From contig OY821645.1 in NCBI GenBank assembly GCA_963682135.1, positions 1,440,001-1,504,000 on the forward strand: 64,000 nucleotides of DNA. Reading direction: 5' to 3'. Position numbers and translations under genes: made by a program. Each line of letters starts with the position of its first letter. Within the stretch, counting starts at the first letter, position 1. The stretch comes from Methanothrix sp. GTDB taxonomy: Archaea; Halobacteriota; Methanosarcinia; Methanotrichales; Methanotrichaceae. Below, one piece after another: positions 1-11,851 of the stretch. The notes beneath the pieces were generated by a model. That model was not told where the DNA came from. It made no database searches and saw only the letters and a program-made list of their open reading frames with translations.

Positions 1-152
1 ATAAAAAAAGCCTTTGGAAAAGAGTAATCGCTATGTTGCGGGCGGCCATTGACGCGGATATATTCGTTTTCTCCATCAGTTAAAAAAAGCGAGAGTCTAA
101 CCAAGCGGGAAATCAACCCATATGACATCAAAAAATTCTTATTTCATTTGAG

Positions 153-1499
153 CCCAACCTCCCGAAAAGTTCAGGCGCACAAGTTTAGCGCCTGAAGAAT
201 ATCTCTCTGTTTTTTTGTCATTTCGGTGACGATTATCTGTCCGTCCGCAAGCGCAATTTTCCTTAATTTCTCCAATTGCAAAAGAAGAAGTTCAACGGAA
301 TATTTGTCTAGTATCTCTGCTTTCCTCATCATATTCATCAGTCGTGACCTGATGATCAGACTCAGGAAAGCGATAAAAATGAATCCTCTTGTTGTCTCTT
401 CGCCATGAGTATTCAATGGAAGGATGTCAATTTCGCTTTTCAATGCCTTGAAGCTCTTTTCAATTTCATCGCGTTCGCGATAGAGAGAAAGGCACTTCAT
501 CTCGTCAAAGTTTCCTGAGTAGAATATAATATACTTGCCCATTTTGTTCATTCTTTGTGCAACTGCGTTTTGTTTTATCGTAACTTCAAAGCGATTATCC
601 ATAACATTCCAGTCGAAGAAGTTTCCAAATCCGTGTGCTTTATCTTTGAAAACTACGTGGGGGTTACTGTTCTTATTCAAGCGCACCTTGAGCAACTCTT
701 CACGAATATCATAGAGTCTGCTTAGGAGTGTCTGCTTCTCGGTTTGCTCTAATTTGGGATCATAATAAACATACCCCCTGATTTCAATTGAATCAATAAT
801 ATATGAAATTGGTTTGGCAAAAATGGGATCCTTGTTAAACTTGTGGAGATATTTTACATCATCAAGATCCTTTTGCACTTCCGTCAGCAGGTGCTTCAAA
901 TCATTCAACTGCAATCTGGCCGCCATAATAAATGAGATTTTATTCGTCATCAGCTCGCGAAGGTTGCTCAAGCTGAAAAATCCACGATCCATCACAGCAA
1001 CATAATTTTGGATGCCATGCGCTTTTATCTTTTTTAGAGTGCCGGAAAGCGTACTGACATCGGAAATACTGCCGGGGAAGATGTCATACATCACGGGTAT
1101 CCCTTTATCCTTATCCAGAATCAGGGACAGATTGATTTGCGGAAGAGACTCGCCATCACGATTGTACCCGTACTCAAGAATATTGATGAGTTGAGAGTAA
1201 CTTGACAGGCTCGTAATATCGTAAATGAGTGTGTCTTTCGTACCGGTTCCCTCGATAAGCTGGGACATGAACCTGTCTGGAATATTGCTTTCACCCAATC
1301 GACCAAGAAGCTCACTCACTCGCTGACTGGTTAGATTGATTTGCGGGGATTCAAGGGCAAGAGAAGTTCCTTCATACCAGGAATCTACATTTCTCATTGC
1401 AGTAGGCCGAATAATCCGGTTGAATGCCAATGCACGAACCATGGACACCTCCGAAGGAGGCAATAAAACCTCTAGATAGCGTTCCAGATTAAGCTCTTC
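153..1499 (-). mobile_element. IS1634-family element, 5'-truncated at the IS66 left end
   Basis: The transposase frame stays open up to 1499 (EELNLERYLEVLLPPSEV...), where the IS66 TIR begins. A probable right IR CCCAACCTCCCGAAAAG lies at about 153-169, just after the stop. Confidence 0.7.
171..1499 (-). pseudogene. IS1634-family DDE transposase lacking its N-terminus
   Basis: Motifs YDITSLSSYS, GYNRDG..LPQINL, VMDRGFFS and YRERDEIEKSFKALK are typical of IS1634 transposases. No native start before the IS66 junction. Confidence 0.85.
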
Positions 1500-1960
1500 G
1501 TACGTGTTTAGCCCTCACCTAAATTTTTAAATTTTGCATCAAAATTCATTTAGACCAGAAAAATTAAGTAATATAATCGTAATAATCTTTTATTGGGAGT
1601 ATGGACGAAGGAGAAATTATCAAGCAGCATCGTGAGCTTGTTGAGCAATTAAAGCATGAGAATGAGCTGCTTAAGTTAAGGGTTATCGAACTTGAGTCTC
1701 GCTTAGCTCAATATGAGAATGCACATACCCCACCAAGTCTAAGACGTGGCGGCAATCGCAAAAAAGATCAGGACAAGAAAAACAATGGAAAGCCCGGCCA
1801 AAAAATCGGCCACAAAGGCGTAACAAGACCTTATGCTGCTCCTGATGAGCAAGTGGAAGTCACAATGGACAGATGTCCCGATTGCGGGGCAAAGCTTGGT
1901 TCTCCTTTTCGAATTGATTCCAAGATCATTGAGGAAATCCCTGAACCTGAGCCGATTATA

Positions 1961-3101
1961 GAGGATTCCTATAAACCAGCCCAATTCTTAATATAGAAAT
2001 GTTTATATACTATTAACACCATTATATGTTATGAATTCTTTTACCACTTGGGTATTGCGAGGGCTTAGCGAGACGCAAGGTAAATCTCGGTTATCGCAGA
2101 TATCGGATTTGATCGACTGGTTACCCATTCGCCGGATACTGGATGAGATGTATGACAATAAGAGCGAAAAGGGTGGAAGGCCCAACTGCGATGTAATTTT
2201 GATGTTCAAGATCCTGATACTCCAACAATGGTACGGCTTGAGCGATTTGGAAATTGAGCGACAAATGGCTGACCGCATCTCGTTTATGTCATTTCTTGGT
2301 TTCCCTGATATGTTCCCCGATTCTAGGACGATATGGCTATTTAGAGAGCGCATGGCCAATGCTGGAAAAGATGAAGTTGTCTGGGCAGAACTTCAGAGGC
2401 AATTGGATGCTATGGGTTTACAGGTCAAACATGGAACGATCCAAGATGCCACGTTCATTGAAGCAGATCCCGGAAAGTTCAAGAAACCACGTGGAAAAGA
2501 TGCTAAGACCCGCCGCAGTAGGGATGGGACAATAGCCAAGAAGGGCAATGAATTCCATTTTGGCTACAAACTGCATCAAAAAACCGATATTGATTATTGC
2601 CTGATTCGTGAAATCGAGACTTCCACGGCTTCGTTGCATGATAGTCAGGTTGATCTCTCAATTGAGGATGAAGTGGTGTTAAGAGACAGGGGGTATTTTG
2701 GGGCAAAGGCCAGGGGAATAGATTTTACAATGAAGCGCAGGACAACCGATAAGCCACTGGAGGAACTTGATAAGGAGCGAAATCGATTGATCAGCAAGCT
2801 AAGATCCCCAGGTGAGCGCCCCCATGCAGTGATCAAGAGAATTTTTAACTCGGGCTGGGTGTTGGTTACAACGATAAAGAGGGTTCATATAAAAATGATG
2901 GCTACCGCCTTTGCTTTCAATTTATATCAGCTCTGCACTCTGAAAAAAGCCGGAATCATTTGAGCCTAGCGGACGCTGTCGAAGAATGATCAGAAAAGGG
3001 GGCTGACGAATGAAGTATTTAGCGAAATTGCCTCCTCGTGAAGCGAATTATGCATGAATTTCTGAAAACAATCTCTTAAACCGAAGTAAATAGGAATCCT
3101 C
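1961..3101 (+). mobile_element. IS5-family element nested in IS66
   Basis: 12-bp TIRs GAGGATTCCTAT (1961-1972) and ATAGGAATCCTC (3090-3101). TATA duplicated at 1957-1960 and 3102-3105. Confidence 0.92.
2031..2963 (+). CDS. IS5-family transposase
   Basis: GGRPN..MFKILILQQWYGLSD, PDSRTIWLFRE, IQDATFI, FGYKLH, DRGY; intact 310-aa ORF. Confidence 0.92.
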   Translation: MNSFTTWVLRGLSETQGKSRLSQISDLIDWLPIRRILDEMYDNKSEKGGRPNCDVILMFKILILQQWYGLSDLEIERQMADRISFMSFLGFPDMFPDSRTIWLFRERMANAGKDEVVWAELQRQLDAMGLQVKHGTIQDATFIEADPGKFKKPRGKDAKTRRSRDGTIAKKGNEFHFGYKLHQKTDIDYCLIREIETSTASLHDSQVDLSIEDEVVLRDRGYFGAKARGIDFTMKRRTTDKPLEELDKERNRLISKLRSPGERPHAVIKRIFNSGWVLVTTIKRVHIKMMATAFAFNLYQLCTLKKAGII

Positions 3102-4071
3102 TATAGTCACCGAATACAAAATTGCGCACTACAGATGTCCCTGTTGCTTGAAAGAAGTTGCTGCAAAAGATCCCGGCTGTCCACATGAAGGCAAATTCGG
3201 AAACAATGTAATTGCGCAGGCGACACTGCTAAGATATGATGGCAGAATGCCTCATAGAAAGATTCACGACGCAATGATGAGACTCTTTGGTCTGAAAATA
3301 AGTCCAGCTACGATACTCGATTTAACTCGTCGCGCTGCTGATGCGGTTCAATCGGAATACGACGCGATTCTAAAGATGATTCGAGGTGCTCCAATCCTGT
3401 ATGTGGATGAAACTTCAATCCATGTCCAGGGAGAAAGACATTGGATCTGGACCTTCTCCACGCCATCGGAGTCTTTTTTCGTGATCCGGAAGAGTCGAGG
3501 CATGAAGGTTCTGAACGGAAGTCTTAACTCGGAGATTCAAGGGAATAATCGTGTGCGATGGTTGGAAACCCTATGCCAGGTTCACAAATCGCATTCAGCG
3601 ATGTTGGGCGCATCTACTTAGAGAGTCAAAAGAGATTGCTGAGAAGTTTGAGGAAGCAATTCCGCTACATAACATGCTCAAAGAGCTTTACGAGACACTA
3701 ACCGAAGCTCTAGAAAGCGATCCTCCGCCAAAAGTCAGAAAGACTCTATGGCAATTGGCGCGAAAAGCGCTTCGGCACTGGGTCATGAAAGAGTATTCTA
3801 TCGAGAAAGTCCGGAAATTTATCGGGAAAATCAACAACGGATTTGACTACTGGTTCACCTTTATCGTAATTCCCGGTGTAGAGCCGACTAATAATCGAGC
3901 GGTGAGAGCGTTGCGACCCCATGTTGTTTTGAGAAAGATCCTGGGCACACTGCGCAATGACAAAGGAACTTCGATTCATGAGCGAATCATGACGACACTG
4001 GCCACCTGGGGACAGAGAGGATTGAATTGCCTCCAAATGCTAACTACGAAGCTGACCAGCTAAACACGTAC

Positions 4072-4184
4072 CCCATAGACATTGATGTTCCCGCGCCGAA
4101 AAAGAAACCTATACGTTTTGCAGAAGATAGCTGACTCTTTAGTTCATCTATTTCTCGTGCAATATCATATTTCTTTTCGGACAT
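4072..4184 (-). pseudogene. N-terminal stump of a SIR2-like protein, truncated by IS66
   Basis: MSEKKYDIAREIDELKSQLSSAKRIGFFFGAGTSMSMG contains the SIR2 GAGxS motif. GGAG RBS upstream and a TATA-like TATATATTTA at about 4221-4230. The sequence ends exactly at the IS66 TIR. Confidence 0.7.
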
Positions 4185-4246
4185 GAATAAGTATTCTCCC
4201 AGAAAGGAGAAAATCGTTCTTAAATATATACCTATCTGAAAACAAT

Positions 4247-5580
4247 GGTAGTGTGCCCGCTTTGCTGTAAAATCTCGGTTAAATCCCACGTCAAGAGCCG
4301 ACGTGCTGTGAACGAGATAACAGCAAGTTATTTCTTCACAAGATTTAATAATTAGCCCTGTATCCCCAAAGTTGTCGAAACCTAAGGAGGGACACAGAGC
4401 TATGAATATGGTAGACTTAGCAGAAGATTATCTTATCGATCCAAAAGAGGGTATGAGGAAGTTAATAGCTGGCTATCTAAATGAAGTAATGCAACTTGAA
4501 GCCCAAAAACAAATTCAGGCAGGACCTTACGAGCGCACCGGCAAGAGAAAAGGCCATCGTAACGGATCAAGACCGCGATCACTTAAGACCATTCACGGTG
4601 ACATAACTCTCGATAAACCTGAAATCCGGGAGTTCCCATTCAAGTCAAAAGTATTCGAGAGATATTCTCGTGTAGAGGATTCTGTAAGAGTCGCTGTTGC
4701 GGAATCGTATTTAGAGGGTGTATCAACCAGAAAAGTCGAGAAGATATTCTCGAAATTTGGATTGCATGGCATCTCTGCTTCGGAAGTCTCACGAATAACC
4801 AAACGTCTTGATAAACAGGTTAAAGAGTTCCTTAACAGGCCCATTGAAGGAGCCATCCCTTATTTGTTCGCGGATGCAAGCTATTTCAAGGTTAGAACAG
4901 ATGGCAGGTATATCAACAAGGCATTACTCGTTGTAACCGGCATTCGCGAAGACGGCTATCGTGAGATTCTGAGTGCGGCGGTTGCTGATAGCGAAGAAGA
5001 GTATTGTTGGGAAAGCTGCTTTGAAGATTTGAAAGCCAGAGGACTTGACGGCGTCAAATTAGTGATATCCGATGGTCACAAAGGGATACAGGCTGCGGTT
5101 GAAAAGGTATTCGTTGGTGCATCTTGGCAAATGTGCAATGTCCATTTTATGCGTGCAGTGCTCAAAAACATATCGAAAAAGGATAAAAAAGAAGTTGCGT
5201 ACCTGCTGAAAGATGCTCTTGAAGATGAGCGCAAAATGCAGGAAACAGCAGTAATCCTTGATGGAATGGGTTATAAAAAGTCTGCAGACACAATCGATAG
5301 GTTCCGGTTCGATCTCTGGAATTACAAATCATTTCCAAGATCGCACTGGAGAAAGATCCGGACTACTAACGGTCTGGAAAGAATCAACAAAGAGCTGAAG
5401 CGAAGAAGTCGTGAATCTGGAGCGTACTCTAATGATCAATCACTCCTGAGAGTTGCAGTCTGCATCATGATGGACATCCATGAGGATTGGATAACTGGTA
5501 ATAGGTATTTATCCTTGGAAGAGTAAAAAGAACCAGGATATAGGGCTACTGCGATTTTACAGCAAAGCGGGCACGCTACC
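4247..5580 (+). mobile_element. IS256-family element, intact
   Basis: 28-bp TIRs (4247-4274 and 5553-5580, one mismatch) and an 8-bp TSD AAAACAAT (4239-4246 and 5581-5588). Confidence 0.95.
4402..5526 (+). CDS. IS256-family transposase
   Basis: YLEGVSTRKV, YLFADA, LVISDGHKG, WQMCNVHFMR, TTNGLERINKELKRR. AGGAGG RBS before ATG 4402. Confidence 0.95.
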   Translation: MNMVDLAEDYLIDPKEGMRKLIAGYLNEVMQLEAQKQIQAGPYERTGKRKGHRNGSRPRSLKTIHGDITLDKPEIREFPFKSKVFERYSRVEDSVRVAVAESYLEGVSTRKVEKIFSKFGLHGISASEVSRITKRLDKQVKEFLNRPIEGAIPYLFADASYFKVRTDGRYINKALLVVTGIREDGYREILSAAVADSEEEYCWESCFEDLKARGLDGVKLVISDGHKGIQAAVEKVFVGASWQMCNVHFMRAVLKNISKKDKKEVAYLLKDALEDERKMQETAVILDGMGYKKSADTIDRFRFDLWNYKSFPRSHWRKIRTTNGLERINKELKRRSRESGAYSNDQSLLRVAVCIMMDIHEDWITGNRYLSLEE

Positions 5581-5941
5581 AAAACAATCAAATTTTAATT
5601 AAATTTCAGTTCCATTGAATAGAAGACCGATAAAAGCGATCTTCGTCTGCAATCCCGTTCGCTTCCTTTAAGCTCCCACGTTCATATCTTTTCACAATCC
5701 CTCTGCACAATTCCGACATCTGCCGCCATCTTCTCAAATAATTCCTTATATCCTCGCTCTCACCGCAATCTTGGAGGTGAGGCCAAGACCAGCAGACACG
5801 AGCAAGCACTCCTTTCAAGGGCAAATTCCGAGAAGTTGGGGTTCTCCTCCCCCCAACTCTTCCAGCATGGCGGCGGAGCCAGTGCTAAAAACCGGCAGCT
5901 CCCCAGAAATAAATATTAAATATAAAATAAAATCAAGGTGA

Positions 5942-7074
<1,133 letters not shown>

Positions 7075-7075
7075 A

Positions 7076-7429
7076 ATGAAAGAAGTCCTGGCGGTCATCC
7101 AGATGAACAAGATGGAGTGCACCAAAGACGCCCTGGAGGTCATAGGCATCCCATCCATCACCGTCTACAAAGCCAGCGGCCGGGGAAAGCAGAAAGGTCT
7201 GCAAATCCCCCATCCATCCCAGCTTGATTCGTCGAACAGGAACATGTTATTCATTCCCAAGAGGATGATCTCGGTCATGGTGGAGGACGAATTCGTCCCG
7301 GCAGTGGTGGCAGTTATCACTAAGATCAATCGCACCGGCAACTTCGGTGACGGCAGGATCTTCGTCTGCCCGGTGGAAGAGTCAGTTCGCATAAGGACCG
7401 GTGAGAGAGGGAGCGTGGCCATATCATGA
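7076..7429 (+). CDS. nifI2: PII-family nitrogenase regulator NifI2
   Basis: [24 protein letters not shown]; second PII gene between nifH and nifD. Confidence 0.93.
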   Translation: MKEVLAVIQMNKMECTKDALEVIGIPSITVYKASGRGKQKGLQIPHPSQLDSSNRNMLFIPKRMISVMVEDEFVPAVVAVITKINRTGNFGDGRIFVCPVEESVRIRTGERGSVAIS

Positions 7430-9075
7430 GCGGAGTTGAAAAAACTGTGGAGAGCGTAGTGGATAGTCCGATCCCCGGCGCAAAAGAGCCGATTTCAATC
7501 GCCCACAGCAAACAGGTGGTGGAGGGAATGCTGAAAAGCCTTCCCAAGAAGACGATTGAGGTGAGAAGCAAGCATGTGGTGGTCAAAGATTCCTGCGAGG
7601 TCGAGCAGAAGATCGATGCCAACAGTCGCACCATCCCCGGCATCCTCACCAACCGGGGCTGCGCTTACGCCGGCTCCAAAGGCGTGGTCTTCGGGCCCAT
7701 CAAGGATATCCTGCATATCACACATGGGCCCATCGGATGCGCTTACTTCACCTGGGGAACCAGAAGAAATCTCATGAGCAAAGAAGACGGCAGAGACAAT
7801 TTCGCCGGCTACTGCTTGAGCACTGACGTCAAGGAGACCGATATCGTCTTTGGAGCCGAGAAAAAGCTGGCAGCCGCCATTCGAGAGGCTTATGCCATCT
7901 TCAAGCCCCAGTGCATCTCGGTCTTCTGTACCTGCCCCATCGGCCTCATCGGCGACGATATCGAATCGGTCTGCAAGAAGGCGGAAGCGGATCTGAGAAT
8001 CAAGGTCATCCCCGTGCGCTGTGAGGGCTACCGCGGCGTCAGCCAATCGGCAGGCCACCACATCGCCTCTAATTCACTGATGGAGCACCTGGTGGGCAGC
8101 GAAGAGCTGGAAGACCCCGGGCCCTTCGACGTTAACGTCTTCGGCGAATACAACATCGGTGGAGACTACTGGGTGGTCAAGGATCTGCTGGAGAAGGTGG
8201 GATACAGAGTCGTCAGCCCCTTCACGGGAGATGCTTCCTTCCACGATATCGCCAAAGCTCACCGGGCCAAGCTCAACATCCTGCTCTGCCACCGCTCCAT
8301 CAACTACACCAATCGCATGATGGAAGAGAAGTACGGTATTCCCTGGTTGAAGGTCAACTATCTGGGGGTAGAAGACACCATCAAAACCCTGCGTGACATG
8401 GCCGCCTTCTTCGACAACCCGGATCTGACCAAAAAGACCGAGGCAGTGATCGCCGAGGAGATGGCCAAAATCCAGCCGGTTATCGATATGTACCGCAAGA
8501 GGCTGGCCGGAAAGAGGGTCATGATCCTGGTGGGAGGATCACGCGCTCATCATGTCCGCAATATGTTCGAGACCCTGGGCATGGATGTGGTCGTGGCCGG
8601 CTACGAGTTCGCCCATCGGGATGACTATGAGGGTAGACGTGTGCTCTCCAGCATCGTTCATACCGGACAGTCCAAGGTACTGGCCGATATCCATTACAAA
8701 CGCGATCCCAACGTGGTTTCGCCCTACGACGATGCCGCTATCCAGAAGAAGAAAGAAAAAATTCCAAGACTGATGGACTATGAAGGCCTGCTGCCCCATA
8801 TGAAAGACGGCCAGGTCATGATAGATGACTACAGCCATCACGAGTGCGAGCGCCTGGTGAAGGATCTGGGAATAGATCTCTTCTGTTCGGGAATCAAAGA
8901 CAAGTACGTCTTCCAGAAGATGCACATCCCCTCCCGGCAGATGCACTCCTATGACTACAGCGGACCCTACACCGGCTTTGAAGGCTTCGTGCAGTTTGCC
9001 AAGGACATCGACATGTCTGTGAACAGCCCAACCTGGAAATTCATAAACCCGCCCTGGAGGCAGAACAATGCTTGA
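7426..9075 (+). CDS. nifD: Nitrogenase MoFe protein alpha chain (group II-type insertion)
   Basis: RGCAYAG, HGPIGC, TCPIGLIGDDI, the FeMo-co ligand regions LCHRS and QMHSYDY, YEFAH, and an insertion of about 50 aa after HRDDYEG. Confidence 0.96.
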   Translation: MSGVEKTVESVVDSPIPGAKEPISIAHSKQVVEGMLKSLPKKTIEVRSKHVVVKDSCEVEQKIDANSRTIPGILTNRGCAYAGSKGVVFGPIKDILHITHGPIGCAYFTWGTRRNLMSKEDGRDNFAGYCLSTDVKETDIVFGAEKKLAAAIREAYAIFKPQCISVFCTCPIGLIGDDIESVCKKAEADLRIKVIPVRCEGYRGVSQSAGHHIASNSLMEHLVGSEELEDPGPFDVNVFGEYNIGGDYWVVKDLLEKVGYRVVSPFTGDASFHDIAKAHRAKLNILLCHRSINYTNRMMEEKYGIPWLKVNYLGVEDTIKTLRDMAAFFDNPDLTKKTEAVIAEEMAKIQPVIDMYRKRLAGKRVMILVGGSRAHHVRNMFETLGMDVVVAGYEFAHRDDYEGRRVLSSIVHTGQSKVLADIHYKRDPNVVSPYDDAAIQKKKEKIPRLMDYEGLLPHMKDGQVMIDDYSHHECERLVKDLGIDLFCSGIKDKYVFQKMHIPSRQMHSYDYSGPYTGFEGFVQFAKDIDMSVNSPTWKFINPPWRQNNA

Positions 9076-10426
9076 TTACACACCCAAACAGATGGCCGAG
9101 CGCGAGACATTGGTCATAAACCCAGCCAAGATCTGCCAGCCGATAGGGGCCATTCTTGCCTACAAAGGCATCCACAACTGTATGCCTATCACTCATGGCT
9201 CGCAGGGTTGCTCGTCTTACCTGCGCATGGTGCTGGCCCGCCACTACCGCGAGCCCACGCTGGCGGCAACCTCCTCCTTCACTGAGGATTCGGTGGTCTT
9301 TGGAGGCAGGAACAACCTCAAGGAGGCTGTAGACAACGTGGTCAACATCTACCATCCTGATGTGCTGGCCATAAACACTACCTGCTCCTCTGAAACCATA
9401 GGCGACGATGTGAGCAGCTTCATGGAGGAGATCAAGGAAGAGGAGTTCTTCGATCCCAAGACGAAAGTGGTCATAGCCAATACCCCCAGCTACGTTGGCT
9501 CGCACATCACCGGATACGATAATGCAGTCAAAGCCATCGCCCAGACCTTTCCCAGGAAGAGCAAGCCCAACGGAAGACTGAACATCATTCCCGGTTTCGT
9601 GGACCCGGGAGACATCCGGGAGATCAAGAGGCTGCTTTCCATCATGGGAGTCTCCACGATCGTATTCCCCGATACCACCGATGTCTTCGACGCGCCTCTC
9701 ACCCCGCAGTCAGGCGGCCTGTACCCGCCGGGTGGAACGACTATCCCGGATCTGGTTGACGCCGGCAACTCCCGTGCCACCATCGCTTTGGGAAGAACCG
9801 CCGGAGCTTCTGGTGCTATGGTGCTGAAGGGCAAGTTCGGCATACCTGCGGTCATAGGCCCCATGCCCATCGGCATCAGAAACAGCGATGCCTTCGTCAT
9901 GTCTGTGTCCAGCCTCATGGATGTCCCAATTCCGCAAGATATCGAGTACGAACGGGGCCGGCTGGTGGACATGATGACCGACGCTCATCCTCATTTCCAT
10001 GGCAAGGACCTGGCCATATTCGGAGACCCGGATACCGTTATCGGTCTGGTTAGCCTGGCGGTGGAGATGGGCATGAATCCGGTCTTTGCTCTCACCGGAA
10101 CGCCGGACAAGAAGTTCGCAGAGGAGGTGCATAACCTGGCATCCGATTGCGAAGCACTGCAAGGTGACACCTTCCTTCTCCATCAAAAGATCAAGAACCA
10201 TCCCGTGGATATGCTGATTGGAAACACCTATGGGAAATTGATCGCCCGGGCGGAGGACATCCCGCTGGTACGGGTGGGCTTCCCCATCACCGATCGGGCC
10301 AACCTGCATTATTTCCCAATCATTGGATACGCGGGAACGGCTCGATTGGTGGAGATAATCGGCAACACCTTCCTGGAAAGAAGGGATCGAGACTCGGATG
10401 ACACGCACTTCGAGATGATCCTTTAG
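9068..10426 (+). CDS. nifK: Nitrogenase MoFe protein beta chain
   Basis: INPAKICQPIGA, HGSQGC, TTCSSETIGDD, GFPITDR. Confidence 0.96.
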   Translation: MLDYTPKQMAERETLVINPAKICQPIGAILAYKGIHNCMPITHGSQGCSSYLRMVLARHYREPTLAATSSFTEDSVVFGGRNNLKEAVDNVVNIYHPDVLAINTTCSSETIGDDVSSFMEEIKEEEFFDPKTKVVIANTPSYVGSHITGYDNAVKAIAQTFPRKSKPNGRLNIIPGFVDPGDIREIKRLLSIMGVSTIVFPDTTDVFDAPLTPQSGGLYPPGGTTIPDLVDAGNSRATIALGRTAGASGAMVLKGKFGIPAVIGPMPIGIRNSDAFVMSVSSLMDVPIPQDIEYERGRLVDMMTDAHPHFHGKDLAIFGDPDTVIGLVSLAVEMGMNPVFALTGTPDKKFAEEVHNLASDCEALQGDTFLLHQKIKNHPVDMLIGNTYGKLIARAEDIPLVRVGFPITDRANLHYFPIIGYAGTARLVEIIGNTFLERRDRDSDDTHFEMIL

Positions 10427-10435
10427 GGGACTGGC

Positions 10436-11851
10436 ATGAGCATTGTTAACATCTTTGAGGGCAGAGAGGGGCATATTGCCCAGAAGGGCGAACAGAGCGT
10501 TCCTTTGGCCTGCAATAGCGATAGCCTGGCCGGAGCGGTGAGCCAGAGGGCATGCGTCTACTCCGGAGCGAGGGTGGTGCTCAATCCCATCACAGACGCT
10601 CTGCATCTGGTGCATGGGCCGATCGGCTGCGCCAGCTACACCTGGGACATTCGGGGCAGCACCTCCTCAGGCCCGGATCTCTATAGGAACAGCTTCTCCA
10701 CGGATATGAAGGAGTTGGATGTGATCTTTGGCGGAGAGAAGAAGCTGGCGGCATCTTTGCGGGAACTGGCAAAGAAGTATCATCCGCCTGCCATCTTTGT
10801 CTATTCCACCTGCATCGTAGGAATTATTGGAGACGATCTGACATCCATCTGCAAGAAGGCCTGCCTGGAATTGGGCATTCCAGTATTGCCTGTGAAATCG
10901 GAAGGATTTAGGGGAAGCAAGAACGAGGGCTACAAGGCGGCATGCAATGCACTTACAGAACTTATCGGAATGAAGGACTACAGCCCCAAAGGGCCTTCCA
11001 TCAACCTGCTCGGCGAATACAACGTGGCTGGCGACCTGAGCTTCGTCAAGCCCTTCTTCGAAGAGATGGGCCTGGAAGTGGTGGCCACTTTCACCGGCGA
11101 CTCCAGGGTAGAAGAGCTCGAGAGGGCTCATAGCGCACAGCTCAACTTAGTGCAGTGCAGCGGCTCCATGACCTATCTGGCCAAGAAGATGGAAGAGAAA
11201 TACGGCATTGCCTACCGGCGGATAAGCTTCTTTGGATTGCAGGACATGTCCGACGCTCTTCGTACTGCTGCTGAGTTCTTCGGCTCGGCGGCCATGAAAG
11301 AAAAGGCTGAGGAGATAATTCGCCGGGAGACGGAACGGGTGAGCCCGGAGATCGAAGCCTATCGATCTAACGTTGCCGGAAAGAAGGCCGCCATCTACAT
11401 GGGCGGAGCCGCCAAGGCCGTCTCGCTGGTAAAAGCTTTTCAGGAGCTGGAAATGGAGGTCGTGATAATTGGAACGCAGACTGGAAATCGAGAGGACTAT
11501 GAGAAGATCGCTTACATCATAAAGAGAGGTACCGTAATCATTGATGATGCCAATCCCCTGGAGCTGAAGGAGCTTCTCATCAAACAGAACGCGGACCTGT
11601 TGGTGGCAGGCGTAAAAGAGCGTTTCCTGGCCTACAAAATGGGTATCGCGTTCTGTGACTTTAATCACGATCGAACCACCAGCTTCGAGGGCTATACAGG
11701 AATGATAAATTTTGCCAGAGAGGTATCTATCACCATCAACAGTCCAGTCTGGCAGCTTCCTGTAAAAAGAGAATGCTGCGATGGCAGAGGATCACAATTA
11801 GCGTCTATTCGAGGAGTGAATGATGATATCGAGGAGCCTTGCCACAGTTAA
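10436..11851 (+). CDS. nifE: FeMo-co scaffold NifE
   Basis: SQRACVYSGARVV, HGPIGCASYTWDIRG, TCIVGIIGDD, VQCSGS. Confidence 0.95.
   Translation: MSIVNIFEGREGHIAQKGEQSVPLACNSDSLAGAVSQRACVYSGARVVLNPITDALHLVHGPIGCASYTWDIRGSTSSGPDLYRNSFSTDMKELDVIFGGEKKLAASLRELAKKYHPPAIFVYSTCIVGIIGDDLTSICKKACLELGIPVLPVKSEGFRGSKNEGYKAACNALTELIGMKDYSPKGPSINLLGEYNVAGDLSFVKPFFEEMGLEVVATFTGDSRVEELERAHSAQLNLVQCSGSMTYLAKKMEEKYGIAYRRISFFGLQDMSDALRTAAEFFGSAAMKEKAEEIIRRETERVSPEIEAYRSNVAGKKAAIYMGGAAKAVSLVKAFQELEMEVVIIGTQTGNREDYEKIAYIIKRGTVIIDDANPLELKELLIKQNADLLVAGVKERFLAYKMGIAFCDFNHDRTTSFEGYTGMINFAREVSITINSPVWQLPVKRECCDGRGSQLASIRGVNDDIEEPCHS

Larger units (their letters stand above)
1601..4063 (+). pseudogene. IS66 transposase split by an IS5 insertion and a +1 frameshift near 3514
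   Basis: Coiled coil, then NAHTPPS, KPGQKIGHKG, CPDCG, CPCC, VDET, CDGW, QRCWAHLLRE and PTNNRA. Removing the IS5 restores ...PEPII/VTEYKIAHYRCPCC. An extra A in CTGAACGGAA breaks LTEVLTRRFKGIIVCDGW. Confidence 0.9.
1500..4071 (+). mobile_element. IS66-family element (single-ORF archaeal type), disrupted
   Basis: Perfect 13-bp TIRs GTACGTGTTTAGC (1500-1512) and GCTAAACACGTAC (4059-4071). The flanks do not form a target-site duplication. Confidence 0.9.

Noticed and set aside
5606-5824. 72-aa minus-strand ORF upstream of nifH
   Set aside because: TTG start, no RBS or motif, and it overlaps the probable nif promoter and leader.
10424-10438. nifK TAG stop is in frame with nifE (TAG GGG ACT GGC ATG), suggesting pyrrolysine read-through into a NifK-NifE fusion
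   Set aside because: NifK ends at its normal C-terminus and NifE has its own ATG. There are no pyl genes in the window, and in-frame spacing occurs by chance one time in three.
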